Assembly: GCA_963777155.1 (NCBI GenBank)
Contig: CAVZPM010000029.1
Span: forward strand, 1 to 34,626
Direction: 5' to 3'
DNA: 34,626 bases
DNA from: Candidatus Bathyarchaeota archaeon
GTDB taxonomy: Archaea; Thermoproteota; Bathyarchaeia; Bathyarchaeales; Bathycorpusculaceae
A program made the position numbers and the translations under genes. Below, piece after piece: positions 9,537-19,203 of the stretch. Below the pieces are notes generated by a model. The model had not been told where the DNA came from and did not search any database. It saw only the letters and a list, made by a program, of their open reading frames with translations. The stretch's first letter is position 1, and every line of letters begins with the position of its first letter.

Positions 9537-10793
9537 CTATTTTTTTCTTAAAATAGTCTCTAATATTTTGATGGCTAAAATGTACCATAACACAGTGACG
9601 ACAAATCGGGCGATTAGTCTCCAAATGCCTATCTGCAAATCGAATGTGCCTATATCAGTCATTATCGGTGGGTATACAAGAAAGAAGAGCTGCGGGATAG
9701 CATAATTCAAAAATAGAAATGTAAAAGGGATAACCCAAGCCAAATGAACTGTTTTCAGACCCAGTTTTCCAGCGCCAAACAAAATCAGAACCAATGGCAG
9801 CAGTATGTTGAGGTTTGGTTCAGAGAGCCATGAACGCGTCAGGAAAAAGATAAGCAGCAAAACAACTGCGCTCTCTACCAGTTTAAGCAGGGTTTTTGGC
9901 GGGTTCCGATAGATTAAGTAGTATCCGAAGATGATGCCAGGTATCCAGAGGTAACCTAACCAGTCATAACCTGTGGGTATTGTAGCTGACTTCTGAAAAA
10001 TCTCAACGCCGTTAAACAGGGTCATGCCGCCAGCCATTCTAAAGTACGAAGTTACTTGGCCAGGAGAGGCAGGTGCCATCCACCCGAGTAGGTTAAAGAG
10101 CAAAAACCAAAAAACAACCACAAATACAGAGGCAATCAAGAGATAAGTTAGGTTTTTTCGGCGGTTCTGAGGCGTAGAGAAAAATAGCGGCAACCCAATG
10201 AGCGGTGCTGAGATGGGTTTTAGTACAATGCCAAGCGAAAGAAGAAGCGAGCTTTTCACAGCTTTACCCATGCTCAACAGATAAAGCGAAGCCAAGGACA
10301 GAAGCGCTATAAGGGTGTCGAATTCGCCCCAAGCCGCGGTGGTTAAAAGAGTAAAGGGGTTGAATAGCAGAAAGAGCCAGGCAAACTGGATTCTTTTTTG
10401 TGGCATGCCAAGGTTCTGCATGACTGCTTTAGTCAGGTATGCGAGGGCGATGTTGCTGGCGATAACGGGGATTTTTATGGCAAAGTTATAGAGGAAAATG
10501 TTCGGGAGAAGGTTGTAGGTTAAGCGGTAAATTGCACCTAACAGTAGAGGATAGAGGGGAGGGTACCCGATTATTGGGTTTACGCCGATGAGATGCGGGT
10601 TAGAGAAAACCGTGATGACATGGGGCATGTAGGGATTTAGCCCCGAGCTAACCAGGTAACCTGCATCTATGAAAAGGCGTTCGTCGTAGTAGTGCCCCAG
10701 AAAAACCGCGAGGGGAATCTGAACTAAAACACTTAGGATCACAGCTACTATATCGCAGTGAGGCTTTAGCGAAGCCAAGATGCTACCACTCAA
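9537..10793 (-). CDS. GT-C superfamily polytopic membrane glycosyltransferase (GT87/PIG-M-like), paralog of 8239..9528
   Basis: YYDE, GLNPY, GYPPL, IKIP, LFNP, WGEFD and VLKP motifs; multiple TM helices. Confidence 0.78.
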   Translation of the reverse strand: MSGSILASLKPHCDIVAVILSVLVQIPLAVFLGHYYDERLFIDAGYLVSSGLNPYMPHVITVFSNPHLIGVNPIIGYPPLYPLLLGAIYRLTYNLLPNIFLYNFAIKIPVIASNIALAYLTKAVMQNLGMPQKRIQFAWLFLLFNPFTLLTTAAWGEFDTLIALLSLASLYLLSMGKAVKSSLLLSLGIVLKPISAPLIGLPLFFSTPQNRRKNLTYLLIASVFVVVFWFLLFNLLGWMAPASPGQVTSYFRMAGGMTLFNGVEIFQKSATIPTGYDWLGYLWIPGIIFGYYLIYRNPPKTLLKLVESAVVLLLIFFLTRSWLSEPNLNILLPLVLILFGAGKLGLKTVHLAWVIPFTFLFLNYAIPQLFFLVYPPIMTDIGTFDLQIGIWRLIARFVVTVLWYILAIKILETILRKK

Positions 10794-10962
10794 AACGAGT
10801 AACCAACAATAGAGTAAATGGAAAGTTGGTTATAAATAACAAAGGAAAGCTGACTTTGTAGGATGATTTTCAATTCTTGTTAACAGATGTGCAGTGTTTT
10901 TTTGGGTTTTGTTTTAGAAATAGTCTTATGGTTGTCTTGTTGATTGTATTTGCGAAGTCTGC

Positions 10963-12150
10963 ATGCCGACTAATTTGCCGCCTGAAGCGATGGATAAGTG
11001 GGAGCTAGTTGAAGCTGCCCATACTCCTAAAGAAAAAATGGATGCCATGATTGAATTCCTAAAGTATGTTCCACATCACAAAGGCACCATGAAACTACGC
11101 GGCGAAATGAACCGCAAAATTGCGCTTATCCGTGGAGATTTAGAAAAAAAGAAGCGCATGGGCACAGGCAAGAGCAGTGGCGGACCCAAACTCTTCATAG
11201 AGAAGGAAGGTTCAGCGCAGATCGCTTTGGTGGGCATGACGAACGTGGGCAAAAGCGCCCTCATGACTGCAGTAACCAACTCAAAAGTCCTCGTTACACC
11301 AACGCCGTTTAGCACGCATGAACCTGTACCAGGCATAATGAGTTACAGGGATGTACAGTTCCAGATTGTGGAAGCACCCGCGGTTATGGAGGGAGCAGCA
11401 GAAGGAAAAGCAGGCGGCAACGTCACACTTGGCTTAGCACGCAACGCCGACGGGGTAATTTTGATGGTTGATTTAGAGCGTGACCCTGTTGAGCAGTTAG
11501 AGTTGATTTTGGCTGAACTGGAGAAAACCCGAGTTTTAGTCTACAAACCCAGCGGAAAAGTCGACATTGACAGAAAACACTCTGGCACAGCACTGCGGGT
11601 TGTCCTTGTGGGCAAATTAATTGATTGCAGCATGAATCAGGTTGAACAGTTGCTCCGCGACTACAAAGTCCACGATGCAATCGTACACATCAGCGGCGAG
11701 GTTACGCTGGAAGACGTTGAGAACGCAATTTATGAGAGCACCATCTACAAGCCCGCGGTAATTGTAGCTAACAAGCTGGATTTGAAAGGCGCTCAAGCAA
11801 ACCTGAGGCATCTGAAGGAATTTGTGAACGGAAAATTACCTATCGTCGCCATTTCTGCACAGAATAGGATGGGGCTTCAAGAACTGGGAAAAGCACTGTT
11901 CGATGCACTCGGCATTATTCGAATCTACACCAAAGAACCTGGCAACAAGGTGCACGCCGACCGTCCCTTCGCACTCAAAAAGGGTGCCACAGTCAACGAT
12001 TTAGCCAAGAACATCCATAAGGAGCTCCTGATGAATTTCATGTTTGCAATGGTATGGGCTAAACGGTTACCTTTCAGCCCCAAGAAAGTCGGGATGAACT
12101 TTGTCTTAGACGACGGCGACATCGTGGAAATCCATGCTAGAATCGTTTAA
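10963..12150 (+). CDS. DRG/OBG-family GTP-binding protein with TGS domain
   Basis: MPTNLPPEA start, PHHKGT, G1 GMTNVGKS, G4 NKLD, C-terminal TGS domain (IRIYTK...LDDGDIVEIH). Confidence 0.92.
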   Translation: MPTNLPPEAMDKWELVEAAHTPKEKMDAMIEFLKYVPHHKGTMKLRGEMNRKIALIRGDLEKKKRMGTGKSSGGPKLFIEKEGSAQIALVGMTNVGKSALMTAVTNSKVLVTPTPFSTHEPVPGIMSYRDVQFQIVEAPAVMEGAAEGKAGGNVTLGLARNADGVILMVDLERDPVEQLELILAELEKTRVLVYKPSGKVDIDRKHSGTALRVVLVGKLIDCSMNQVEQLLRDYKVHDAIVHISGEVTLEDVENAIYESTIYKPAVIVANKLDLKGAQANLRHLKEFVNGKLPIVAISAQNRMGLQELGKALFDALGIIRIYTKEPGNKVHADRPFALKKGATVNDLAKNIHKELLMNFMFAMVWAKRLPFSPKKVGMNFVLDDGDIVEIHARIV

Positions 12151-12219
12151 ACAACATAAGAAAAGCAATTGAAACTAAAAAATGGTTTAAAATTAAAATA
12201 AAAGATTTTGTTGGGCAGT

Positions 12220-12822
12220 TTATCTGCTGGATTGTGCGACGCGTTCGATTTCGTTGCGTTTGGCTATGGCGACGCTTTTTATGTCTTTATTGGCTGCGAG
12301 TACGAGTTCGTCGGCGAGGGTTTCCTGTATGCTGCGTGGGTTGTTCTTGCTTGATGCACGTGCGCCTTCAGTGATGTGGCGTATGGCAAGGTCGATTCTG
12401 CGTTGTGGTGCAACGTCGACGGATAAATGGTAGACAACTCCACCGTAGCTGACACGTGTGGTGTCTTCGCATGGAGAAGCGTTTTCGACGGCTTGCACAA
12501 GGACCTCTATTGGGTTTTTGCCGCCTGTGCGTAAGTTGATGATTTCGAAGGTTTCTTTTACGATGTTTGTTGCTTTGGCTTTTTTGCCGCTGTTCTTTCC
12601 AGACCGCATAAGGCCGTTGATTAGGCGTTCTACGATGTTGACTTTGGCTTTGCGGAATCTTTGGTGTTCGTGGCGTCCCATGCTGTGTGGGGCAACCATC
12701 GGTGTCAAATTGAGGTACCGCTGTAAACCTATGTCTTTAACTGTGATGTCTTTGAAGCTCCATTTCTGGAAGAGCTTGATTTCCTGTGGCTGAGATGAAA
12801 CTGTGGATGTTGTTTGTGACAT
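12220..12822 (-). CDS. rps7: 30S ribosomal protein uS7
   Basis: IKLFQKWS, PHSMGRHEHQRF, IVERLIN, VDVAPQRRIDLA and ERVAQSSR motifs. Confidence 0.97.
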   Translation of the reverse strand: MSQTTSTVSSQPQEIKLFQKWSFKDITVKDIGLQRYLNLTPMVAPHSMGRHEHQRFRKAKVNIVERLINGLMRSGKNSGKKAKATNIVKETFEIINLRTGGKNPIEVLVQAVENASPCEDTTRVSYGGVVYHLSVDVAPQRRIDLAIRHITEGARASSKNNPRSIQETLADELVLAANKDIKSVAIAKRNEIERVAQSSR

Positions 12823-12827
12823 AGTTT

Positions 12828-13268
12828 TTACCTTGCTGGTTTTTGTTTTCGTCCGTAGACGAGTTCGTTTAGGCTTACACCGTTAACCATAACGACTTTC
12901 CATCTGACTCCTGGAATGTCTCCCATAGCACCGCCTCTTGTTCCGCCGATACCCTCCACGACAACTTCGTCGTGTTCGTCTACTACGTTGAGGGCGCCGT
13001 CACCGGGCAAGAACGCTGTGATGGTTCTGCCGTTTTTGATGAGTTGTGTGCGGACACATTTGCGGATGGCGCTGTTGGGCTGTTTAGATTCGACACCAAC
13101 CTTCTCAAGCACGATGCCCCGGCTCTGGGGTGCACCTTGCATAGGGTCAACTTTCTCATCTAACATAAGCATACGACGGTTAAAGTAACGATCTGACCAA
13201 CGGAAATTCTTCCGTTTCTTTGCTAACTGCCTTGCGGCAAATTCGCCTCTTGGAGACTTGGAACCCAT
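12828..13268 (-). CDS. rps12: 30S ribosomal protein uS12
   Basis: [27 protein letters not shown] and [10 protein letters not shown] motifs; likely start ATG at 13268. Confidence 0.97.
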   Translation of the reverse strand: MGSKSPRGEFAARQLAKKRKNFRWSDRYFNRRMLMLDEKVDPMQGAPQSRGIVLEKVGVESKQPNSAIRKCVRTQLIKNGRTITAFLPGDGALNVVDEHDEVVVEGIGGTRGGAMGDIPGVRWKVVMVNGVSLNELVYGRKQKPAR

Positions 13269-13307
13269 TCTAAAGTATTCCTTCTTTTTGCACATGCATA
13301 GTCAAAG

Positions 13308-13322
13308 AACTTATATTTAAAC
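13308..13322 (-). promoter_or_regulatory. Putative TATA box for rps12-rps7
   Basis: Minus strand reads TTTAAATATAAG about 40-50 nt upstream of the rps12 ATG. Confidence 0.4.
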
Positions 13323-13556
13323 AACACGAACATCGCACCAAGCTTTTTTATAGGTTTTTTTATACTTGCAACCTACGTCTGCGTATGTATGCTGAGGGAA
13401 GAGCCTTGGCTTGCGCGGTAGATTTGCAGCTTTCGAACGCGACAATACCCCAAGAATCTCTTAGAGAGGAATTCTGGCATGTTGGTTTCGAAGTGGGTTC
13501 AGATGGGTAAAGGTTTAAGTGCAACGTTTTGGCTTAATGTGCCAAAGGTGTAAAAT

Positions 13557-13718
13557 ATGCCAACTCACGGTTCACTATCGAAAGCTGGAAAAGTCCGTTC
13601 TCAAACGCCAAAAATCACGGCACAAGAAAGAACTGCCCCAAGCCCAAAAACCCGCACACGCCGCAACTACGAAAAACGCGTAATTCTGCAGCGGAAAGCT
13701 GGGCAAAACTGGGTCTAA
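13557..13718 (+). CDS. rps30e: 30S ribosomal protein eS30 (53 aa, absent from the ORF track)
   Basis: Manual translation MPTHGSLSKAGKVRSQTPKITAQERTAPSPKTRTRRNYEKRVILQRKAGQNWV; HGSLxKAGKVRxQTPK is the eS30 signature. Confidence 0.96.
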   Translation: MPTHGSLSKAGKVRSQTPKITAQERTAPSPKTRTRRNYEKRVILQRKAGQNWV

Positions 13719-13802
13719 ATAGACTTTTTTCAAACTAAATTTCCTTTTTAACTAAGTGCAGTTTATTTATCTGCAATCTTAACCTTATTTTGGTACTTTC
13801 CT

Positions 13803-15397
13803 TTGACTAACCAGGTTGCCCTCAGAGAAATAATCACAACCCTACTTTCTATGCACATCTCCTACACATGAGGATGTCAACCGATTAAAAATTAAAGGTC
13901 GCAGCAAAGTACCATCTGGAAGCTGTACCAGCCAACGCTGATTTAATAAGTGCCTTAACGCCAGCTGAAGCAAAAAAACTCTTACCCATAATTAGAAGAA
14001 AAAATACCCGTGCAATCAGCGGCGTAACAGTCATCGCCATCATGACAAAACCCTATCCATGCCCACAACCCGAACCCTGCGCTTATTGTCCAGGAGGACC
14101 AACCCAGGGCTCTCCGCAAAGCTACACTGGATATGAACCTGCCGCGTTGCGTGGAACACAAAATAGTTTTGACCCGTACGAGCAGGTGAAAAGTCGAATC
14201 CGCCAACTTACTGCGATAGGGCACAAGGTGGATAAAGTCGAGTTAATCGTTATGGGCGGAACCTTCCCAGCGACTCCAATGGAGTACCAGACATGGTTTA
14301 TCCAGCGTTGCCTAGACGCCCTAACAGGCAAAACTTCAGCAAACCTCGAAGAAGCAAAAGCCAACGCTGAAGTCAGCAAAACCCGCAACGTCGGCATAAC
14401 CGTCGAAACACGTCCAGACTGGGCAAAACAACCCCACATCGACGCAATGCTTAACATGGGAGTAACCCGCATTGAGCTTGGCGTGCAGAATCCTGATGAC
14501 GAAATCTACCGTCGAGTCGGCAGAACCCACACTGTCGCAGACGTAGTGGAAGCAACCCGCATAGCCAAAGGATGCTGGACTTAAAGATTGTTTATCACAT
14601 GATGCCTGGAATGCCAGGTTCCAACCCGCAAAAAGACATAGCTGCCTTCAAACGGATTTTCACTGACTCAGCATTCAAGCCTGACATGATAAAAATTTAT
14701 CCCTGCCTCGCCATCGCAGGCACCAAAGCTTACGAATGGTACCAAAAAGGCACCTATGAGCCTTATACGACTGAAGAAGCAGCAAACGTGATCGCCGAAA
14801 TCAAAAAAATAATCCCGCAGTGGATAAGGGTGATGCGTGTGCAACGGGATATTCCAGCAAGACTCATTTTGGCAGGGGTAAAAAAGAGCGATGTGCGAGA
14901 GCTTGTCCAATCTAAACTTAAAGCTCAGGGTAACCAATGCCAATGTATCCGCTGCCGCGAAGTTGGGCACCGCATGGCAGTTGACCAAGTGAAGCCTGAT
15001 TTGGAAAAAGTCAAAATCCTAACCCAACGATACGAAGCCTCAGAAGGACAGGGAATTTTTCATTTCAGCTGAAGACCCAGAAAACAACGTGTTGCTGGGC
15101 TATTTGCGTATGCGTGTTCCTTCTGCAAAGGCGCACAGACCAGAAATCACAGCTGTTCCATCTGCTATTGTGCGGGAACTTCATGTTTACGGGCAACTTG
15201 TTCCAGTTGGCAAACACTCCGATAGTGCTTGGCAACATAAGGGCTATGGACAAATACTTCTAAAAGAAGCCGAACGCTTGGCAGGAGAAGAGTTGGGGTT
15301 GAAAAAGCTTTTAGTTATTAGTGCGTTAGGAACAAGAAGGTATTACATGCGTTTCGGGTACGAGCGCGATGGAGTTTACGTTTCCAAGACACTGTGA
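13803..15397 (+). CDS. elp3: tRNA uridine(34) acetyltransferase Elp3 (radical SAM plus KAT domain), about 529 aa, split by five single-base insertions
   Basis: RAISGVTVIAIMT, CPQPEPCAYCPGGP, MGGTF, ETRPD, ELGVQ, KIYP, RVQRDIP, CQCIRCRE, VRELHVYG and QHKGYG motifs. Insertions near 13854, 13897, 14568, 14584 and 15051; (1595-5)/3=530 codons. Confidence 0.93.
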
Positions 15398-15405
15398 GGA
15401 ATAGT

Positions 15406-16752
15406 ATGAGTCAAATTGAAAGTTCAGGTTACAAGGGCGAAGCGTTGCGCCTGCTAAAACTAGCCGACTGCGACATCGGCGACATCATAAGAGTTACAAG
15501 TAAAGGCAAAGTTTACGAGGGCATCCTGATTCCGCGCCCAGAGCTAGGCGAAGGCACAATCGTCATCGTTAAAATGAAGAGCGGCTACAACGTTGGCATC
15601 AAAGTAACCAAAGAAGTAAAAGTCGAGAAAATCGGTAAAGGCACCAAACCTACATTTGCATCTCCACCTATACCCAAACAAAACCCAGCATTACCCCACG
15701 TCGTAATCATGAGTACAGGTGGAACAATCGCCAGCCGAGTAGACTATCGCACAGGAGCTGTGCGCTCAGCAATTTCAGCAAGCGACCTCTATGGCGTGGT
15801 TCCAGAGCTCGCCGATGTCGCCCGAGTTGACACAGAAATCGTCTTCAGCCTCTACAGCGAAAACATAACCCAAAAACACTGGACAGAACTCGCAGAAACC
15901 GTAGCCAAACGAATCGAAGCAGGAGTGGATGGCATAGTAATTGCGCATGGCACCGACACAATGGCTTACACTTCAGCGGCGTTGAGCTTTGCACTTCAGA
16001 ACCTTCCAGTTCCAGTCATTCTTGTTGGTGCACAGCGTTCATCTGACCGACCAAGCAGCGACGCAGCAACCAACCTCATCGGCGCAGTGAAAGCCGCCGG
16101 AGAAGCACCTTTCGCAGAAGTAGGTTTAGCCATGCATGAAACCGTATCCGACACCGCAATCGTGGTGCACAGGGGTACCAAAGTTCGCAAGTGCCACACA
16201 AGCCGCCGAGACACCTTCAAATCAATAAACGGCTTCCCCATAGCCAAAGTCAAAAACCTCCAAGTAATCATGGAAACAGACCAGTACAAACGCCGAGACA
16301 CCAAGAAAAAACTGGTACTCAAACCAAACTTCTGCGAAAAAGTTGCCTTAGTAAAATTCTATCCTGGATTGGACCCATCAATAATCGACTTCTACGTTGA
16401 GAAAGGTATGAAGGGTATTTTGCTGGAAGGTTCAGGCTTGGGGCATGTGAGCAAATTCTGTTTTGACGCTATCAAAAACGCCGTTTCTAAGGGCGTGTTG
16501 GTTGCATTGGCTTCTCAGTGTATCTGGGGACGCGTGAACATGAACGTTTACGATACAGGAAGGGATTTGCTTTCGTTTGGTGTGGTTCCGCTGGATGATA
16601 TGTTCCCTGAAACGGCTCTTGTAAAACTCATGTGGGTTCTCGGACAAACCCAAGATACAGAAGAGGCAAAGAAACTGATGAAAACCAACGTTGCAGGCGA
16701 ATTCACGCCACGAACACTTCCGCAGGACAAAATCGTTGAAGGAGTCCAATAA
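15406..16752 (+). CDS. gatD: Glutamyl-tRNA(Gln) amidotransferase subunit D
   Basis: KMKSGYNVG, STGGTIASRVDYRTGAV, HGTDT and GAQRSSDRPSSD motifs; start is either GTG 15394 or ATG 15406. Confidence 0.96.
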   Translation: MSQIESSGYKGEALRLLKLADCDIGDIIRVTSKGKVYEGILIPRPELGEGTIVIVKMKSGYNVGIKVTKEVKVEKIGKGTKPTFASPPIPKQNPALPHVVIMSTGGTIASRVDYRTGAVRSAISASDLYGVVPELADVARVDTEIVFSLYSENITQKHWTELAETVAKRIEAGVDGIVIAHGTDTMAYTSAALSFALQNLPVPVILVGAQRSSDRPSSDAATNLIGAVKAAGEAPFAEVGLAMHETVSDTAIVVHRGTKVRKCHTSRRDTFKSINGFPIAKVKNLQVIMETDQYKRRDTKKKLVLKPNFCEKVALVKFYPGLDPSIIDFYVEKGMKGILLEGSGLGHVSKFCFDAIKNAVSKGVLVALASQCIWGRVNMNVYDTGRDLLSFGVVPLDDMFPETALVKLMWVLGQTQDTEEAKKLMKTNVAGEFTPRTLPQDKIVEGVQ

Positions 16753-16753
16753 A

Positions 16754-18652
16754 ATGACCATCGACTACGCTAAAGTCGGCTTAAAAGTCGGCTTAGAAAT
16801 CCACCAGCAAATAAACGTCAACAGCAAACTCTTCTGCAGCTGCCCACCCGACCTTTTCAAAGAAGACCCAGAACTCACTTTCCTGCGCAGACTCCGCCCA
16901 ACCCAGAGCGAGTTGGGACAGATTGACCCCGCTGCGTTCTTTGAGTTCCAGAAGGGCGTAAAAATCCTCTACGAAGCCAACCGTAAAAGTTCTTGCCTTG
17001 TGGAGATGGATGAGGAGCCGCCGCACCCCATCAACTTGGATGCAGTTGAAGTAGTTTTAACGGCTTCGCTTATGATGAATATGCAGCCTGTTGACGAAGT
17101 GCATGTTATGCGTAAAACCGTTATCGATGGCTCCAACACTACAGGTTTCCAGCGCACTTGTATCATCGCCCTTGATGGCTGGATTAAAGTCGGTGAAAAA
17201 ACCATTCCGATGCAAGCCTCAAGCCTCGAAGAGGATGCAGCACGAAAAACTGGAACACAGGAAGAAGGCAAAACCATCCGTTACAGAATCGACCGTTTAG
17301 GAATCCCACTAATCGAAGTCGCCACGGCACCAGTAATCTACTCACCTATGGAGGCGCAGGAAGTTGCGTTTGCCATTGGCAGAATTCTCCGTGACACAGG
17401 AAAAGTCATGCGTGGATTGGGCACGATTCGCCAAGACCTCAACGTGTCTTTGCCAAACGGAGCATTAATAGAGATTAAGGGTGTTCAGGAACTCGAACTC
17501 ATATCCACCGTTGTCGAGTACGAGGTTCAACGTCAACTGGGGTTAATAGCCATTAAAGAAGAACTTGCCAAACGCGGCGTAAAAGCGGAATCAATCAAAC
17601 CCGACTTCGTAGATGTAACAACCAACTTCAAAGACACCAAAAGTAAAGTCATCCGAAAAGCAGTCGACAAAAACCACAGAGTCTTGGCAGTCAAACTATG
17701 CGGCTTCGCTGGCTTAACAGGTCGCGAATTGATGCCTAACTTCCGCTTCGGAACAGAACTGTCTGACCGCGCCAAATTCTGGGGCAGAGTCGGCGGCATT
17801 TTCCATACTGATGAAGTGCTGGCAAACTATGGCATCACACCTGAAGAGGTAGCTGCTTTGCAGAAAGCTGTCGAAGCGGCTGAAGGCGACGCGGTCGTTT
17901 TCGTTGCTGACACAGCAGAAAACACACTAGACGCTCTCAAAGCAGTGGTGGAACGAGCCCAAGAAGCCTGCACAGCTATTCCCGCCGAAACAAGAACTGC
18001 CAAAGACGACGGAACCACACGTTACATGCGTCCACGTCCAGGCGCCGCAAGGATGTACCCAGAAACCGACATTCCACCACAACCCATAACAGAAGAACTC
18101 GTGGGAAAAATAAAGGCGAATTTGCCTGAGCCAGCTGACAAAAAACTCGCCCGACTCATAAAACAGTACGGCTTAAACGAAAAATTAGCCAAACAACTCA
18201 TAGACTCCGAATACATCGGCATCTTCGAGGAAAACGCCAAAACCAGCGGCGTCGCAGCCTCCACAGTCGCAGCGTTCCTAACCGAAACAGTCAAAGCACT
18301 CAAACGTGAAGGCATCCCAACCGAAAATGTCACAGACCAGCAAATCAGCAGCATCTTCAAAGCTGTCGGGTCAGGTGAACTTGCCAAAGAAGCAATCGCA
18401 GACGTTTTCAGTTGGCTGTCGAAGAACGAAGGCAAAACCCTTCAGGAGGCAACAAACGCTTTGGGACTAAAAATGTGCACTGAAGCAGATTTAGCACCTA
18501 TCATTGACCGTATAGTCGCCGCTAACAAAATACAAATCGAGAAAATGGGCAAGAAGGCTTTCGGCATGCTTATGGGTGCAGCAATGAAAGAAGTCCGCGG
18601 TAAAGCCAATCCTGAACTAGTGAGTAAACTCCTAAAAGAACGGCTTCAATAA
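16754..18652 (+). CDS. gatE: Glutamyl-tRNA(Gln) amidotransferase subunit E
   Basis: GLKVGLEIHQQ, DGSNTTGFQRT, GLGTIRQDLNVS and RPRPGAARMYPETDIP motifs; directly follows gatD. Confidence 0.97.
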   Translation: MTIDYAKVGLKVGLEIHQQINVNSKLFCSCPPDLFKEDPELTFLRRLRPTQSELGQIDPAAFFEFQKGVKILYEANRKSSCLVEMDEEPPHPINLDAVEVVLTASLMMNMQPVDEVHVMRKTVIDGSNTTGFQRTCIIALDGWIKVGEKTIPMQASSLEEDAARKTGTQEEGKTIRYRIDRLGIPLIEVATAPVIYSPMEAQEVAFAIGRILRDTGKVMRGLGTIRQDLNVSLPNGALIEIKGVQELELISTVVEYEVQRQLGLIAIKEELAKRGVKAESIKPDFVDVTTNFKDTKSKVIRKAVDKNHRVLAVKLCGFAGLTGRELMPNFRFGTELSDRAKFWGRVGGIFHTDEVLANYGITPEEVAALQKAVEAAEGDAVVFVADTAENTLDALKAVVERAQEACTAIPAETRTAKDDGTTRYMRPRPGAARMYPETDIPPQPITEELVGKIKANLPEPADKKLARLIKQYGLNEKLAKQLIDSEYIGIFEENAKTSGVAASTVAAFLTETVKALKREGIPTENVTDQQISSIFKAVGSGELAKEAIADVFSWLSKNEGKTLQEATNALGLKMCTEADLAPIIDRIVAANKIQIEKMGKKAFGMLMGAAMKEVRGKANPELVSKLLKERLQ

Positions 18653-18653
18653 C

Positions 18654-18668
18654 CCCTTTTTTACTCTT
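18654..18668 (+). terminator. Putative oligo-T archaeal terminator after gatE
   Basis: CCCTTTTTTACTCTT immediately after the stop codon. Confidence 0.4.
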
Positions 18669-18732
18669 AACCTATTTTCTGCCACAAATCCTAAAAGGTA
18701 TAGCACAGCTTATACATTGAAGAGGCATATCG

Positions 18733-19203
18733 ATGAAACACATTGAAGCACGCATAAAAACACCATTCGGCGAAGTAGTTATTGAGGGCGAGAATCCACA
18801 AGATATTCTTGACATGCTTAGCAACATTCCAGAGAATTTTGTTGAGAAACTCTCAGATTTTGTCTCAAACAAGTTGACGCCTTCAGGAGCACAACTTAAA
18901 GGCATAATTGAACCCACAACCGAAGGTCCAGTAATTGTTACTAGGGAAAACCTCACCCATTATGAGGCTGTGGGCTTGGTTCTTTATGCTTCCGATGATA
19001 AGAGAAACACAGCAGCACAGATTCAGAAACTTTTGGAGTCAAGCGGCATAAAAAGCATGGTTCCCGCTAGACTCAACGAGATGACTAAGCGTGGACAAGT
19101 CTTCAAACCTGACCCTAACAAACCCGAGTTTAAACTTACGATACAAGGTGAGAAATGGGTTGAAGATAACGTTCTCTCCAAACTCAGAGGCAAAATGAGT
19201 TGA
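18733..19203 (+). CDS. Hypothetical protein with C-terminal winged-helix-like domain
   Basis: TAAQIQKLL...VPARLNEMTKRGQVFK...FKLTIQGEKWV is a typical wHTH ending. Confidence 0.75.
   Translation: MKHIEARIKTPFGEVVIEGENPQDILDMLSNIPENFVEKLSDFVSNKLTPSGAQLKGIIEPTTEGPVIVTRENLTHYEAVGLVLYASDDKRNTAAQIQKLLESSGIKSMVPARLNEMTKRGQVFKPDPNKPEFKLTIQGEKWVEDNVLSKLRGKMS

Noticed and set aside
13803-15397. Programmed frameshifting or genuinely split Elp3 subunits
   Set aside because: Five independent +1 insertions with no shared slippery motif; the corrected length matches a normal single-chain Elp3.
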